Below the pieces are notes generated by a model. That model was given only the letters and a program-made list of their open reading frames with translations, made no database searches and was not told where the DNA came from. 39,161 nt of DNA, taken from assembly GCA_964397055.1 (NCBI GenBank), contig CAYNIS010000001.1:1-39161 (forward strand), read 5' to 3'. The stretch is from an uncultured Rhodospirillaceae bacterium. GTDB taxonomy: Bacteria > Pseudomonadota > Alphaproteobacteria > CAYNIS01. The translations under genes were made by a program, and so were the position numbers. Positions 17,476 through 26,556 of the stretch are shown here, one piece after another (the stretch's first letter is position 1; each line of letters starts with the position of its first letter).

Positions 17476-19277
17476 GGTTCGACCTCCTTCTTCGAAAACG
17501 GTCGGAAGGCGAAACCCTCCTCCCCGACACTCCAGTTGAAGAACTCGATCACGTTGAGCCGAAGCCCATGCACGACACCCGACATGATGGCGAGCGCGAA
17601 GTTGATGGCATGGCCGACGACCAGCGTCAAAAGCGCAATCAGGATGCCGAGGCCGGGCAGGTTCGCCGCCGCCTCCGCCGCCAGATTGTTGAAGGTGATC
17701 GCGAGCGACGCCGAGGCGAGGCCGAGCGCGAACAGGCGCAGGTAGGAGAGGACGTCGCCGAACGCCGCCGACAGGCCGGCCAGCGCCATGACCCCGTCGA
17801 TGGTGCGCCAGACCCAGCCCATCGGTGTCTTCGCCGGGAACGGCCGGGCCGAGGAGAAGACGACGATCAGACCGAAGCCGGCGATCATCAGCGGCCAGCC
17901 GAGGGTTTCGAGGGCGGCGCCCCAGCCGGTCCAGGCGGCGACGATCGCGGCCCCGCCGGCGAGCACCGAGATCCATCCGACCGGGGCCAGCGCCCGCGGG
18001 TGCGGGTAGCGGCGCCAGGCGGTCAGCGCGTTGGCGATCGCAACATGGCTGAGGCCGACGGCAAGCGCGATCGTCATCATCAGATCGAAATTGTTCATGT
18101 CGATGATGGCGAGCCGGCCGAGCAGGCTCTCCGGCGGGGGAGAGATGCCGAAATAGCTGCCGACCAGGACCCCCCAGGCGACCGATGCGACGACGATCGA
18201 CCGCGCCATGGTCGCGACCCGGTGGCCCGCCCGGCTCGACGCCAGCTTGCCCCAGCTCATCGCGACGACCAGGCCGAGGACGGCGGCATAGCCGGCGTCG
18301 GACATGATCATCGCGAAGAACGGCACGAAGGAGAGGTAGAGCGGGACCGAGGGGTCGACCTCCCGGTAGCCGGGCATCGAGTAGAACTTGACGACCTCCT
18401 CGCCGCCGGCGAACACCTCCGGGTTGCGCAGCAGGGTCGGCGGATTGTCGTCGTCCTCTATGTCCTCGATCATGAGGGCGAGGCCGCGGCTGTCGGCGAA
18501 GCGGTGGAGCTCGTCCAGGGCATCCTCCCCGACCCAGCCGCGCACGGCGAACACCTGCCCGTCGTTGTAGGCGTGGTCGGCGGCGGCCCTGCGCTGCTCG
18601 GTATCCTCCACCCTGGCCAGGGTGGCGGCGAGGAGATAGCACCAGCGGGTGAGGCCGAGGCGCCGATCGGCCAGATCCTCGAGCTCGATCACGATGTTCT
18701 CGGCCTCTGCCTCCAGCTCGCCCAGCGGCTGGCTGCCGGTATGGGTGCGGCCGACCGGCATGCCCGTCGGCTCGTCCTCCGCGAGGGCCACCACGTAGAT
18801 GTGCCGGCTATCCTCGGCGACGACCTCCCAGGCGACCTCCTCGATCGGCGGCATCTTGCGCATCTGGTAGCGCGGCACCCGATAGAACCACAGGCGCAGG
18901 CCCCTCAGTTCCTCGACCGGCGGGAAGTAGAAGTAGCCCCAGGGCTTGAGCGCCGCGATCCTGACGTTGAGGAAGTCGAGCTTCTGGGTCAGGTCCTCGA
19001 TCCGGTCCTTCAGGGTCAGCGCCTCGCGCGTCACCGTCGCCGCCTCGAAGAAGCTTGCATCCTTCACCTGGCGGCGGTTGCCACGCGCCTGCAAGAGATA
19101 CTGGAGCGCCTTGTAGGCGTCGGTCTGGGTGCGGCCCGGCAGGTTCTGGGCATCGTCGTCGGCATTGGCGAGGTCGACGAGATGCAGGGAGCCGAGGCGC
19201 TGCAGGTCCTCCAGCACGAACTCGGATTCGGCGGAAACACCGAACAGGGTGGCCTTCTTGAGGTCGATGATCGCCAT
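17451..19277 (-). CDS. atpI: V/A-type ATPase subunit I (a-subunit, stator/proton path)
   Basis: 608 aa with a soluble N-terminal half and a C-terminal polytopic half. It contains the conserved Arg helix DVLSYLRLFALGLAS. Confidence 0.85.
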   Translation of the reverse strand: MAIIDLKKATLFGVSAESEFVLEDLQRLGSLHLVDLANADDDAQNLPGRTQTDAYKALQYLLQARGNRRQVKDASFFEAATVTREALTLKDRIEDLTQKLDFLNVRIAALKPWGYFYFPPVEELRGLRLWFYRVPRYQMRKMPPIEEVAWEVVAEDSRHIYVVALAEDEPTGMPVGRTHTGSQPLGELEAEAENIVIELEDLADRRLGLTRWCYLLAATLARVEDTEQRRAAADHAYNDGQVFAVRGWVGEDALDELHRFADSRGLALMIEDIEDDDNPPTLLRNPEVFAGGEEVVKFYSMPGYREVDPSVPLYLSFVPFFAMIMSDAGYAAVLGLVVAMSWGKLASSRAGHRVATMARSIVVASVAWGVLVGSYFGISPPPESLLGRLAIIDMNNFDLMMTIALAVGLSHVAIANALTAWRRYPHPRALAPVGWISVLAGGAAIVAAWTGWGAALETLGWPLMIAGFGLIVVFSSARPFPAKTPMGWVWRTIDGVMALAGLSAAFGDVLSYLRLFALGLASASLAITFNNLAAEAAANLPGLGILIALLTLVVGHAINFALAIMSGVVHGLRLNVIEFFNWSVGEEGFAFRPFSKKEVEPWNPSSSA

Positions 19278-19291
19278 GTCCGCCCCTCCGC

Positions 19292-19972
19292 CTAGCGCTG
19301 CCAGTCGCCATAGCCGGGCGGCTCGCCCGCGACCCGCGGCGACGCCACGGCGGCTACCGCCTCGGCGCGGGCCTTCTCGTGCCGGGCCTTGGACAGCTTG
19401 GAGCGGACGACGGCCGCCTTCTCCGCATCGGAAAGCGCGATCCGGATGCGGCGGATGTTCTCCTTCGCCTGCGGGATCAGGACCTTGTCGAACAGGTTGA
19501 CGCGCTGCGTCGTCTTCAGGACCGCGACGTCCAGCAGCCGCTTGCGCTCGACCTGCAGGTCCCTCAGCAGGTGCAGGCGGATCACCGCCTCCATGATGTC
19601 GACCAGCTTGTCGACCCAGTGCGGCTTGGCGAACAGGGAATAGGGCAGGCGCGCCAGCCGCACCTCTTCCAGCACGGGAAGGCGCACGCCCAGGTGGTTC
19701 GCCTCCCCGAGCACGACCTCCTCGATGCGGACCAGGCCGGACAGTTCGACCCCGGTATAGGCCAGCATGGGCAGGGTCGCCTCGATCCGGCGTGTCTCCT
19801 CCGCGATCTTCTCGGTCGTATCGTTGAGGGCGCGCTTCTCGGCGTTGGCCTCCGCCATCAGCTGTTCGCGCTTCAGCTCCAGCGACGGAAGGTAGCGCCG
19901 GAACATGGAAAGGCTGCGCTTCTCCCGCGCGAGCCCCGCCTTGTTCAGCGCTACCTTGTTGCCGCCCGCCAT
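19292..19972 (-). CDS. atpD: V/A-type ATPase subunit D (central stalk)
   Basis: 226 aa with LNKAGLAREKRSLSMFRRYLPSLELKREQL and TTQRVNLFDKVLIPQ, characteristic of V-type D subunits. Confidence 0.85.
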   Translation of the reverse strand: MAGGNKVALNKAGLAREKRSLSMFRRYLPSLELKREQLMAEANAEKRALNDTTEKIAEETRRIEATLPMLAYTGVELSGLVRIEEVVLGEANHLGVRLPVLEEVRLARLPYSLFAKPHWVDKLVDIMEAVIRLHLLRDLQVERKRLLDVAVLKTTQRVNLFDKVLIPQAKENIRRIRIALSDAEKAAVVRSKLSKARHEKARAEAVAAVASPRVAGEPPGYGDWQR

Positions 19973-19997
19973 GTCGCCTGCTCCGCCCTGGCGCCGT

Positions 19998-21356
19998 TCA
20001 GGATGCCGCTGTGGCGGCGGGTTCCGCCCCGGCGGTGGCCGTCTTCTTCGGGAAGAAGCGGTCGACCAGCGACTGACGCATCAGAAGCTCCTCCGGCTCG
20101 AAGCACTCGGCCATGGTCGCCCAGGCGAGGTCGAGGGCGGCCTCGAGCGGCATCGAGACATCTATGCGCATGAAGCGTTCCCGGAAAAGTGCGCCGAACT
20201 TCAACAGTTTCTCGTCGAGGGCGGAAAGCTCGAACGCCATGGCCTGCTTCGACTCCGCCTCGCGCGCGCCGGCGTAGAACCGGATCATGGTGTTCATGAC
20301 CTGGCTGTGGTCCTCGCGCGTGACCTTGCCGATGACATGCTGCTTCAGCCGGGAGAGCGACCCGAACGGGTCGATCACGCTGTCGTGCAGATAGAACTGT
20401 CCCTCGGTGATGTAGCCGGTGTTGTCCGGCACCGGGTGGGTGACGTCGTCGCCCGGCATGGTCGTCACCGAGAGGATGGTGATCGACCCCGCCCCCCGGA
20501 AATCGCAGGCCTTTTCATAGCGTTGCGCGAGCTGGGTATAGAGGTCGCCCATGTAGCCGCGGTTGGACGGCACCCGGTCCATGGCGATGCCGATTTCCTT
20601 CATGGCGTCGGCATAGGCGGTCATGTCGGTCATCAGGACCAGGACGCGCTTGCCCTCGTCGACGGCGAAGCGTTCGGCGACCGCAAGGGCGAGGTCGGGG
20701 ACGATCAGGCGTTCGACGATCGGGTCGGAGGCGAGGTTGACGAACATCACCGTGCGGCCGAACACGCCCTCGTCCTCGAAGGTCGTGCGGAAGAAGTGAT
20801 AGTCGTCGAAAATCAGGCCGAGGCCGGCGAAGACCACGACGTCGGCATCCGCCTGGATGCCGATGCGCGACAAGAGTTGGTTGAACGGCTCCCCGGCGAT
20901 CGAGAAGATCGGGATCTTCTGACTTTCGACCAGACTGTTGAACAGGTCGATCATCGGCACCTTGGTGTGGATCATCTTGGACGGCATCACGCGCATCATC
21001 GGGTTGACCGGCGGGCCGTTGAGGTTGACCCGCGGCGCGTGGTCGAGAGCCGGGCCGCCGTCGATCGGCTCGCCTGAACCGCGGAAGATGCGGCCGAGGA
21101 TGTCGGGCGTGTAGACCGCCTGCATCAGCTCGCCGGTGAAGCGCACGGCGGCCCCGGTGGACAGCCCCCGGCCGCCGTCGAACACCTGGAGGGAGACGAC
21201 GTCGCCGTCGATCTGGATGACGCGGGCGAGGCTTTCCTCCCCCTCGATCTTGGTGACGATCGCCAGTTCGCCGAAGGTGACATCCCGGGCGCGCACCCGC
21301 ATGATGTCGCCGACAATGCCGAGAACCTGGGTGTGGTTGACCTTGAGAAGGCTCAT
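19998..21356 (-). CDS. atpB: V/A-type ATPase subunit B (non-catalytic)
   Basis: 452 aa from the ATG at 21356, which is preceded by AGGAGG. The protein has conserved alpha/beta ATPase-fold segments (IPIFSIAGEPFNQL, VLVLMTDMTAYADA, RGYMGDLYTQLAQRYE, ITEGQFYL). Confidence 0.9.
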   Translation of the reverse strand: MSLLKVNHTQVLGIVGDIMRVRARDVTFGELAIVTKIEGEESLARVIQIDGDVVSLQVFDGGRGLSTGAAVRFTGELMQAVYTPDILGRIFRGSGEPIDGGPALDHAPRVNLNGPPVNPMMRVMPSKMIHTKVPMIDLFNSLVESQKIPIFSIAGEPFNQLLSRIGIQADADVVVFAGLGLIFDDYHFFRTTFEDEGVFGRTVMFVNLASDPIVERLIVPDLALAVAERFAVDEGKRVLVLMTDMTAYADAMKEIGIAMDRVPSNRGYMGDLYTQLAQRYEKACDFRGAGSITILSVTTMPGDDVTHPVPDNTGYITEGQFYLHDSVIDPFGSLSRLKQHVIGKVTREDHSQVMNTMIRFYAGAREAESKQAMAFELSALDEKLLKFGALFRERFMRIDVSMPLEAALDLAWATMAECFEPEELLMRQSLVDRFFPKKTATAGAEPAATAAS

Positions 21357-21586
21357 CGGCGGGTCCCCTCCTGAGCAGGGTGGGTCGGCATGGGCTGTGG
21401 CCGGCGGCATCGCTGACGCACCGCAGCATTAGGCGAGCCGGCCCGACTGTGCAAGACGATGGGAGGCTGCCGGTCGGCCCGGGTCCGCCTCACGGCGACA
21501 CGGGATGAGGATTTCGAGCGGCGCCCGGACGGGGTGCCGGATGCCAGGCGCGCCGGGAGAGCGCGCACAACCTTGGGAGGAACAGG

Positions 21587-22447
21587 ATGGGCAAGTTCGA
21601 GAAGATTGCGGTCAAGCCGATCGCCGGGGCCCTGGGGGCGGAGATCGAGGGCGTCGACCTCGCCCGGCCGATGGACAACTCCACCGCCGAGGAGGTCCAT
21701 CGCGCCTTCCTCGACCACGCTGTGATCTTCTTCCGCGACCAGGACCTGACCCCCGACCAGCACAAGGCATTCGGCAGGCAGTTCGGCGAGCTGGTTGCCC
21801 ACCCCTACCTCAAGGCCCTCGACGGCCATCCGGAGATCATCGAGATCGTCAAGGAGGCTGAGGAGGTCGGCAAGTTCAACTTCGGCGGTGTCTGGCATTC
21901 CGACATGACCTACGTCGCCGAACCGCCGCTCGGCTCGGTGCTCTACGCCAAGGACGTCCCGCCCTATGGCGGCGACACCCTGTGGACGTCCATGTACCTC
22001 GCCTACGAGACGCTGTCGGACGGCATGAAGGCCCTGCTCGAGGGGCTGGTCGCGCAGCATACCGGCGGCACCCGCTACGGCGCGGCCGGCCATTTCGCCA
22101 AGGACGGCGACTACAAGTCGATGCAGATCAACAACACCTCGGACGCCGACCACCTGGTCGAGCACCCGCTGGTCCGCACCCATCCGGAGACCCGCCGCAA
22201 GGCGCTTTACGTCAACCCGAACTTCACGGTCGGCATCAAGGGCCTGACCGAGGCGGAGGCGAAGCCGATCCTCCAGTTCCTCTTCGACCACTCGGTCCGG
22301 CCGGAATTCACCTGCCGGTTCCGCTGGACGAAGAACGCCATCGCTTTCTGGGACAATCGCTGCACCCAGCATTTCGCCCTCAACGACTACGACGGCTTCC
22401 GCCGCCACATGCACCGGATCACGGTTGCCGGCGACCGCCCGTTCTGA
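21587..22447 (+). CDS. tauD: TauD/TfdA-family Fe(II)/2-oxoglutarate dioxygenase (taurine dioxygenase-like; substrate not determinable here)
   Basis: 286 aa, collinear with E. coli TauD as I recall it: FGEL..HPY, WHSDMTY (HxD), GGDTLWTS, HPLVRTHP, IAFWDNRCTQH, and the C-terminal MHRITVAGDRPF. GGGAGGA lies upstream of the ATG. Confidence 0.85.
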   Translation: MGKFEKIAVKPIAGALGAEIEGVDLARPMDNSTAEEVHRAFLDHAVIFFRDQDLTPDQHKAFGRQFGELVAHPYLKALDGHPEIIEIVKEAEEVGKFNFGGVWHSDMTYVAEPPLGSVLYAKDVPPYGGDTLWTSMYLAYETLSDGMKALLEGLVAQHTGGTRYGAAGHFAKDGDYKSMQINNTSDADHLVEHPLVRTHPETRRKALYVNPNFTVGIKGLTEAEAKPILQFLFDHSVRPEFTCRFRWTKNAIAFWDNRCTQHFALNDYDGFRRHMHRITVAGDRPF

Positions 22448-22471
22448 TCGGACCGCCGGTTCCGCTCGGAA

Positions 22472-22510
22472 CCTGCCGGGCCCGGGCCTTGCGGCCAGGG
22501 TCCCGGCAGG
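22472..22510. terminator. Hairpin between convergent genes (candidate bidirectional terminator)
   Basis: 9-bp stem cctgccggg (22472-22480) / cccggcagg (22502-22510) with a 21-nt GC-rich loop. There is no clear U-tract. Confidence 0.35.
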
Positions 22511-22522
22511 CCTCCGAACGGT

Positions 22523-22771
22523 TCAGCGCAGGACCGTGCCGAGAAGGATGGCGAAGAACGCCGGGGTCGCGATCAGCGCGAAATAGAAGGGGACAACCGG
22601 CCCAAGCGCGATCGTGCCCAGCAGAAGGGCGACCACCGCGATCAACAGGGATGCGATCAGCATAAGCGTCTTCGGCTCGATTCCCCCCATCTCCTCGTGG
22701 GGATCGGCAACCTCGGCGGGTGTGCCCGCTGCGGTGGTCGGGGTCGCGGGATCGGCGGTGTCGCTGGTCAT
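22523..22771 (-). CDS. Small two-TM membrane protein, unknown function
   Basis: 82 aa. A Pro/Thr/Ala-rich N-terminus is followed by LMLIASLLIAVVALLLGTIAL and FYFALIATPAFFAILLGTVL. Hand-read codons are mostly G/C-ending. The SD is weak. Confidence 0.55.
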   Translation of the reverse strand: MTSDTADPATPTTAAGTPAEVADPHEEMGGIEPKTLMLIASLLIAVVALLLGTIALGPVVPFYFALIATPAFFAILLGTVLR

Positions 22772-22786
22772 GGTCGAAAGTGTCCT

Positions 22787-22795
22787 AAAAAAAAA
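22787..22795. repeat. A9 homopolymer (T9 on the minus strand), 16 nt upstream of the small membrane gene start
   Basis: cctaaaaaaaaagtc; this is the only long homopolymer run I saw in the window. Confidence 0.9.
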
Positions 22796-23027
22796 GTCGG
22801 GTAGTCGGCAGGTCGGGTCCGGGGCGGCGACCGGCCGCCCGCAGGTTTCCGCACCTCGCCACAGCGCTCGTTAAGATTCGGCAAACGATATCCAGGCGAT
22901 TGTCCGTCTTCCGGTTGCGGCCGGACGCGGCCCCTTGCGCGCGGCTCCGGACCGTGATCTCAAGGCCCGGGAGGGTGCTGCCCCCGAACGAGTTGCCGCT
23001 GCCCGCGCTTTTCGCAGGACCGAGACG

Positions 23028-23708
23028 ATGGCCGACAGCAACCGCTACTACATGCTGATTGCGAGCCTGCCGGCGCTGACCCTGTCGTTCGAAGCGCCGC
23101 GCCCGCCGATCAGCCGGCCCCGGCTGGAGGCACGGTTGAACCAGCTGGCGCCGGCGGACCTCGCCGTCATCCAGGAGATGGAGACGTTCCTGCGCTGGGC
23201 CCGCCAGACCGGCGAAAGCAGCGATGCGGCGGTCAACGCCCACTATGCGGCGCTTCTGGCCTCCAGCGCCAACGCCTTCCTGACCGAGATCGTATCCTAT
23301 CGCATGGACATGCGGACCCTGATCGCGGCGTTGCGCCGGCGGGCGCGCGGGCTTGGGCCGCCTGGCCCTGCCGATGGCTGGCGATCCCAATGGGTGCGGG
23401 CGATCCGCCAGAACTGGACCCAGCCGGATTTTCGATTGGCCCCGGTGTTTCCGATCCTGCCCGAGCTCGCCCGCCTGTTGCGCGAGGGCGACAGCGTCGG
23501 CCTCGACCGCGCGATCCTGCGAGCGGTCTGGGATCGTCTTTCGCAGATGGAGCCGCGCGACCCGTTCTCGTTCGAGGCGATCCTGATCTACTTGTGCAAA
23601 TGGGACGTGGTCGACCGCTCGGCCGCCTATGACGGAACGGCGGCGTCCCTTCGCTTCACCCAGCTCGTCGAGGAGGCATTGGAAGGCCATGTCGCACACG
23701 TCGCCTGA
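23028..23708 (+). CDS. DUF2764-like protein (V-ATPase-operon-associated, presumed subunit C substitute)
   Basis: 226 aa from the ATG at 23028. The N-terminus NRYYMLIASLPALTL matches the YYYL(V/I)ASLP(E/A)L opening that I associate with DUF2764 proteins, which sit next to atpA in Bacteroidetes-type V-ATPase operons. The position immediately upstream of atpA fits. Confidence 0.55.
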   Translation: MADSNRYYMLIASLPALTLSFEAPRPPISRPRLEARLNQLAPADLAVIQEMETFLRWARQTGESSDAAVNAHYAALLASSANAFLTEIVSYRMDMRTLIAALRRRARGLGPPGPADGWRSQWVRAIRQNWTQPDFRLAPVFPILPELARLLREGDSVGLDRAILRAVWDRLSQMEPRDPFSFEAILIYLCKWDVVDRSAAYDGTAASLRFTQLVEEALEGHVAHVA

Positions 23709-25551
23709 GGTCGGGCCGGGCAGCGGCCCCGACGGTGGGGTTGTCGCTTCCGCCGCGTCGACACCGTCCCCGGGCCACAACGAGGCCGGGGCGGAGGGTG
23801 TCGACGCCCGCGTGGTGTCGGTGCGCGACAGCCTGATCAAGCTCGAAAGCCTCGGCGGCCCGATCATGAAGAACGAGGTCGCGTACATCGCCGTCGGCGA
23901 GGAGCGGCTGAAGGCCGAGGTCCTGCGCGTCGAGGGGGCTCAGGCCGACGCCCAGGTGTTCGAGGATACGCGCGGCGTCTCGGTCGGCGACACCGTCGAC
24001 CTGACCGGGGAAATGCTGTCGGTGGCACTTGGCCCGGGCCTGCTCGGCCAGGTCTTCGACGGCCTCCAGAACCCGCTCCAGGTGCTCGCCCAGAACCACG
24101 GCTACTTCCTGCCGCGCGGCGTCTATGCGCCGCCGCTCGACCCGGCCCACAAATGGGCGTTCACGCCGGTCGTGCGCGTCGGCGACAGACTGGATGCCGG
24201 CGACGTGATCGGGACGGTCGCGGAAGGGCGCTTCACCCACAAGATCATGGTGCCGTTCGACGAGCCCGGCCCGGTCGAGATCACCTGGGTCCAGGCCGGC
24301 CCGGTGACGATCGAGGAGCCGGTCGCCCGCATCCTGGACAGTCGCGGCCACACGCGCACGCTGACCATGGTCCAGCGCTGGCCGGTGCGCCGGCCGCTGC
24401 CGGATGTGATGACCCGCCGGCGGCTGGCGGAGCGGCAATACCCGTCGAAGCCGCTGACCACGACGATTCGCCTGATCGACACCTTCTTCCCGATCGCCGA
24501 GGGCGGGACCGCCTGCATCCCGGGGCCGTTCGGCGCCGGCAAGACGGTCCTGCAGGGTCTGATCGCGCGCTATTCCTCCGCCGACATCGTCATCGTCGTG
24601 GCCTGCGGGGAACGTGCCGGCGAGGTCGTCGAGACCATCACCGAGTTCCCGCGCCTGGATGACCCGCGCACCGGCGGCACGCTGATGGACCGCACGATCA
24701 TCGTCTGCAACACCTCGGCGATGCCGGTCGCCGCGCGCGAGGCGTCGATCTACACCGGTGTCACCATCGGCGAATACTACCGCCAGATGGGCTACTCGGT
24801 GCTGCTCCTGGCCGACAGCACGTCGCGCTGGGCCCAGGCGATGCGCGAGACCTCCGGCCGCATGGAGGAAATCCCCGGCGAGGAGGCGTTCCCGGCCTAT
24901 CTCGACAGTGCCATCAAGAGCCTCTACGAGCGTGCCGGGGTGCTGAAGACCCGGGAGTCGACCGGCAGTCTCACCCTCATCGGGACGGTCTCGCCGGCCG
25001 GCGGCAATTTCGAGGAACCGGTGACCCAGTCGACGCTGGCGACGGTCAAGGCGTTCCTGGCCCTGTCCTACGACCGCGCCTACAAGCGCTTCTATCCGGC
25101 GATCGACCCCCTGATCTCCTGGTCGCGCTACCTCGAACAGCTCAAGCCGCATTTCGAGGCGGAGGTGGAGGACGGCTGGACCGATCGGGTGAAGCGCCTT
25201 GCCGGGCTCCTGCAGCAGGGTGACACGATCGGCCGCATGATGCAGGTGACGGGCGAGGAGGGCATCAGCCTGGAGGATTTCATCACCCTCCAGCGCGCGA
25301 CCCTGGTCGACATGGCGTTCCTGCAGCAGGACGCCTTCGACGCCGTGGATGCCACCGTGCCGATGGCACGCCAAAGGGAGATGCTGTTGCTGCTCGACGA
25401 GGTCCTGCAGCGCCCGTTGCCCTATGACGACAAGGATGCCGTCCGCGACGCGTTCACCCGTCTCACCAACCTTATGAAGAACCTGAACTATGCCGCCAGC
25501 GGCACCGGCGAGTACCAGGACCTGATCGGTCAGGTGAAGACCGTTTGGTGA
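23689..25551 (+). CDS. atpA: V/A-type ATPase catalytic subunit A
   Basis: Walker A IPGPFGAGKTVLQ, then LLLADSTSRWAQAMRE, and the typical N-terminal barrel LKAEVLRVEGAQADAQVFEDTRGVSVGD. The ATG at 23689 gives a ~38-aa low-complexity N-extension and a 20-nt overlap with the upstream gene. GTG at 23812 or 23815 are alternative starts. Confidence 0.9.
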   Translation: MSHTSPEVGPGSGPDGGVVASAASTPSPGHNEAGAEGVDARVVSVRDSLIKLESLGGPIMKNEVAYIAVGEERLKAEVLRVEGAQADAQVFEDTRGVSVGDTVDLTGEMLSVALGPGLLGQVFDGLQNPLQVLAQNHGYFLPRGVYAPPLDPAHKWAFTPVVRVGDRLDAGDVIGTVAEGRFTHKIMVPFDEPGPVEITWVQAGPVTIEEPVARILDSRGHTRTLTMVQRWPVRRPLPDVMTRRRLAERQYPSKPLTTTIRLIDTFFPIAEGGTACIPGPFGAGKTVLQGLIARYSSADIVIVVACGERAGEVVETITEFPRLDDPRTGGTLMDRTIIVCNTSAMPVAAREASIYTGVTIGEYYRQMGYSVLLLADSTSRWAQAMRETSGRMEEIPGEEAFPAYLDSAIKSLYERAGVLKTRESTGSLTLIGTVSPAGGNFEEPVTQSTLATVKAFLALSYDRAYKRFYPAIDPLISWSRYLEQLKPHFEAEVEDGWTDRVKRLAGLLQQGDTIGRMMQVTGEEGISLEDFITLQRATLVDMAFLQQDAFDAVDATVPMARQREMLLLLDEVLQRPLPYDDKDAVRDAFTRLTNLMKNLNYAASGTGEYQDLIGQVKTVW

Positions 25552-25578
25552 GCCGCCGTCCGCTGCCCGCCGGCCGCG

Positions 25579-26475
25579 CTATTGCGCCGGTTCGGCCAGG
25601 CGCGCCTGCACTTCCGCGCATTCCGGCTGCGACAGCGAGCGGATGCACGGCCGGTCGATGGTGAAGAAGCCGCGACCCTGCGCATTGCGCGTGAAGGAGA
25701 TGCGGCTGACATAGGTCAACAGCGGCTCCGGCGAGGTCGTCAGTTCGATCCAGCGCTGGACCGGCATGTAGCGGGCCGCGATCTCGGTCCGGCTGCGGTC
25801 GGCGACACTCTGGTCGGAGAGATAGAAGACCAGGGTCGCGGCAAAGGCGATGATGCCGGCGGCGGCGAGGCCGATGCCGGCGTTCAGGATGGCCTCTCCC
25901 TTGTCGCGATAGGGGGCCATCGCTGCCCCGGCCACGCACTGGTGCTGGCGCTCGCCGGAGGCCGGCTGCCCCTCCGGCAGGACCACGCTGGAATAGGCCC
26001 CGCCGAAACTGCGCTTCACTTCCATGACCCGGCGCGTCATCGGCACCACGCAGACCACCTGCGGGTCGGCGTCGATCGCCTCCATCGCCGACTTGATGTA
26101 CGACTTGCCGGGGCCGCCCTCGTGCACCTCGAACAGCCAGCCGCCGTCGAACTTGCGGACATGCCACCAGCAGACGTCGTAGTTGGCGAAGCGCTGGTCG
26201 ATGAAGGCTTTGGCGAAGCTGACGGCGTCCTTGCGCTTGGTCGTGCCGTCGAGGAAGTCGATGACCGCGCGGTAGGGCTTCTCCTCGATCCCGCTGACCT
26301 GGTGGATGGCCGCCGCCTGGCGCATCTCGGCCGATGCGAGGACGTCGTGGCCGGTTTCCCCGGCGTCGGCCGCTTCGTCCGCGGTCTCGGCCGCGGCGGT
26401 CTCGAGCGGCACGGGCGGCTTGAAGCCACCTGTCTCGCGGTCGTCTCTGGGGCGTTTCCGCCGGCGCCAGAACAT
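25579..26475 (-). CDS. Bitopic inner-membrane protein (~195-aa cytoplasmic, 1 TM, ~80-aa periplasmic); possible GspL/BfpC-type assembly component
   Basis: 298 aa with a single hydrophobic helix, AILNAGIGLAAAGIIAFAATLVFYL, at about residues 196-219. It is the last gene of the secretin transcription unit. The functional analogy rests on topology and context only. Confidence 0.55.
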   Translation of the reverse strand: MFWRRRKRPRDDRETGGFKPPVPLETAAAETADEAADAGETGHDVLASAEMRQAAAIHQVSGIEEKPYRAVIDFLDGTTKRKDAVSFAKAFIDQRFANYDVCWWHVRKFDGGWLFEVHEGGPGKSYIKSAMEAIDADPQVVCVVPMTRRVMEVKRSFGGAYSSVVLPEGQPASGERQHQCVAGAAMAPYRDKGEAILNAGIGLAAAGIIAFAATLVFYLSDQSVADRSRTEIAARYMPVQRWIELTTSPEPLLTYVSRISFTRNAQGRGFFTIDRPCIRSLSQPECAEVQARLAEPAQ

Positions 26476-26556
26476 GGGCCGTCAGCTTTCCGATCCAACG
26501 GGGACGTCTGATAGGCGATCGTCCGGCATCAGGGCGAAAAGTTCGGTTAACGGCAC

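Noticed and set aside
17017-18642. 541-aa ORF ending at the atpK stop
   Set aside because: Upstream of about 17475 it is an off-frame read through atpI (Arg/Pro/Gly-rich). Only the C-terminal ~152 codons encode the proteolipid.
23689-23811. Treating the low-complexity N-terminus of atpA as a separate feature or a fusion
   Set aside because: It is most simply start-codon ambiguity (ATG at 23689 versus GTG at 23812/23815). No domain-like sequence is present in this stretch.
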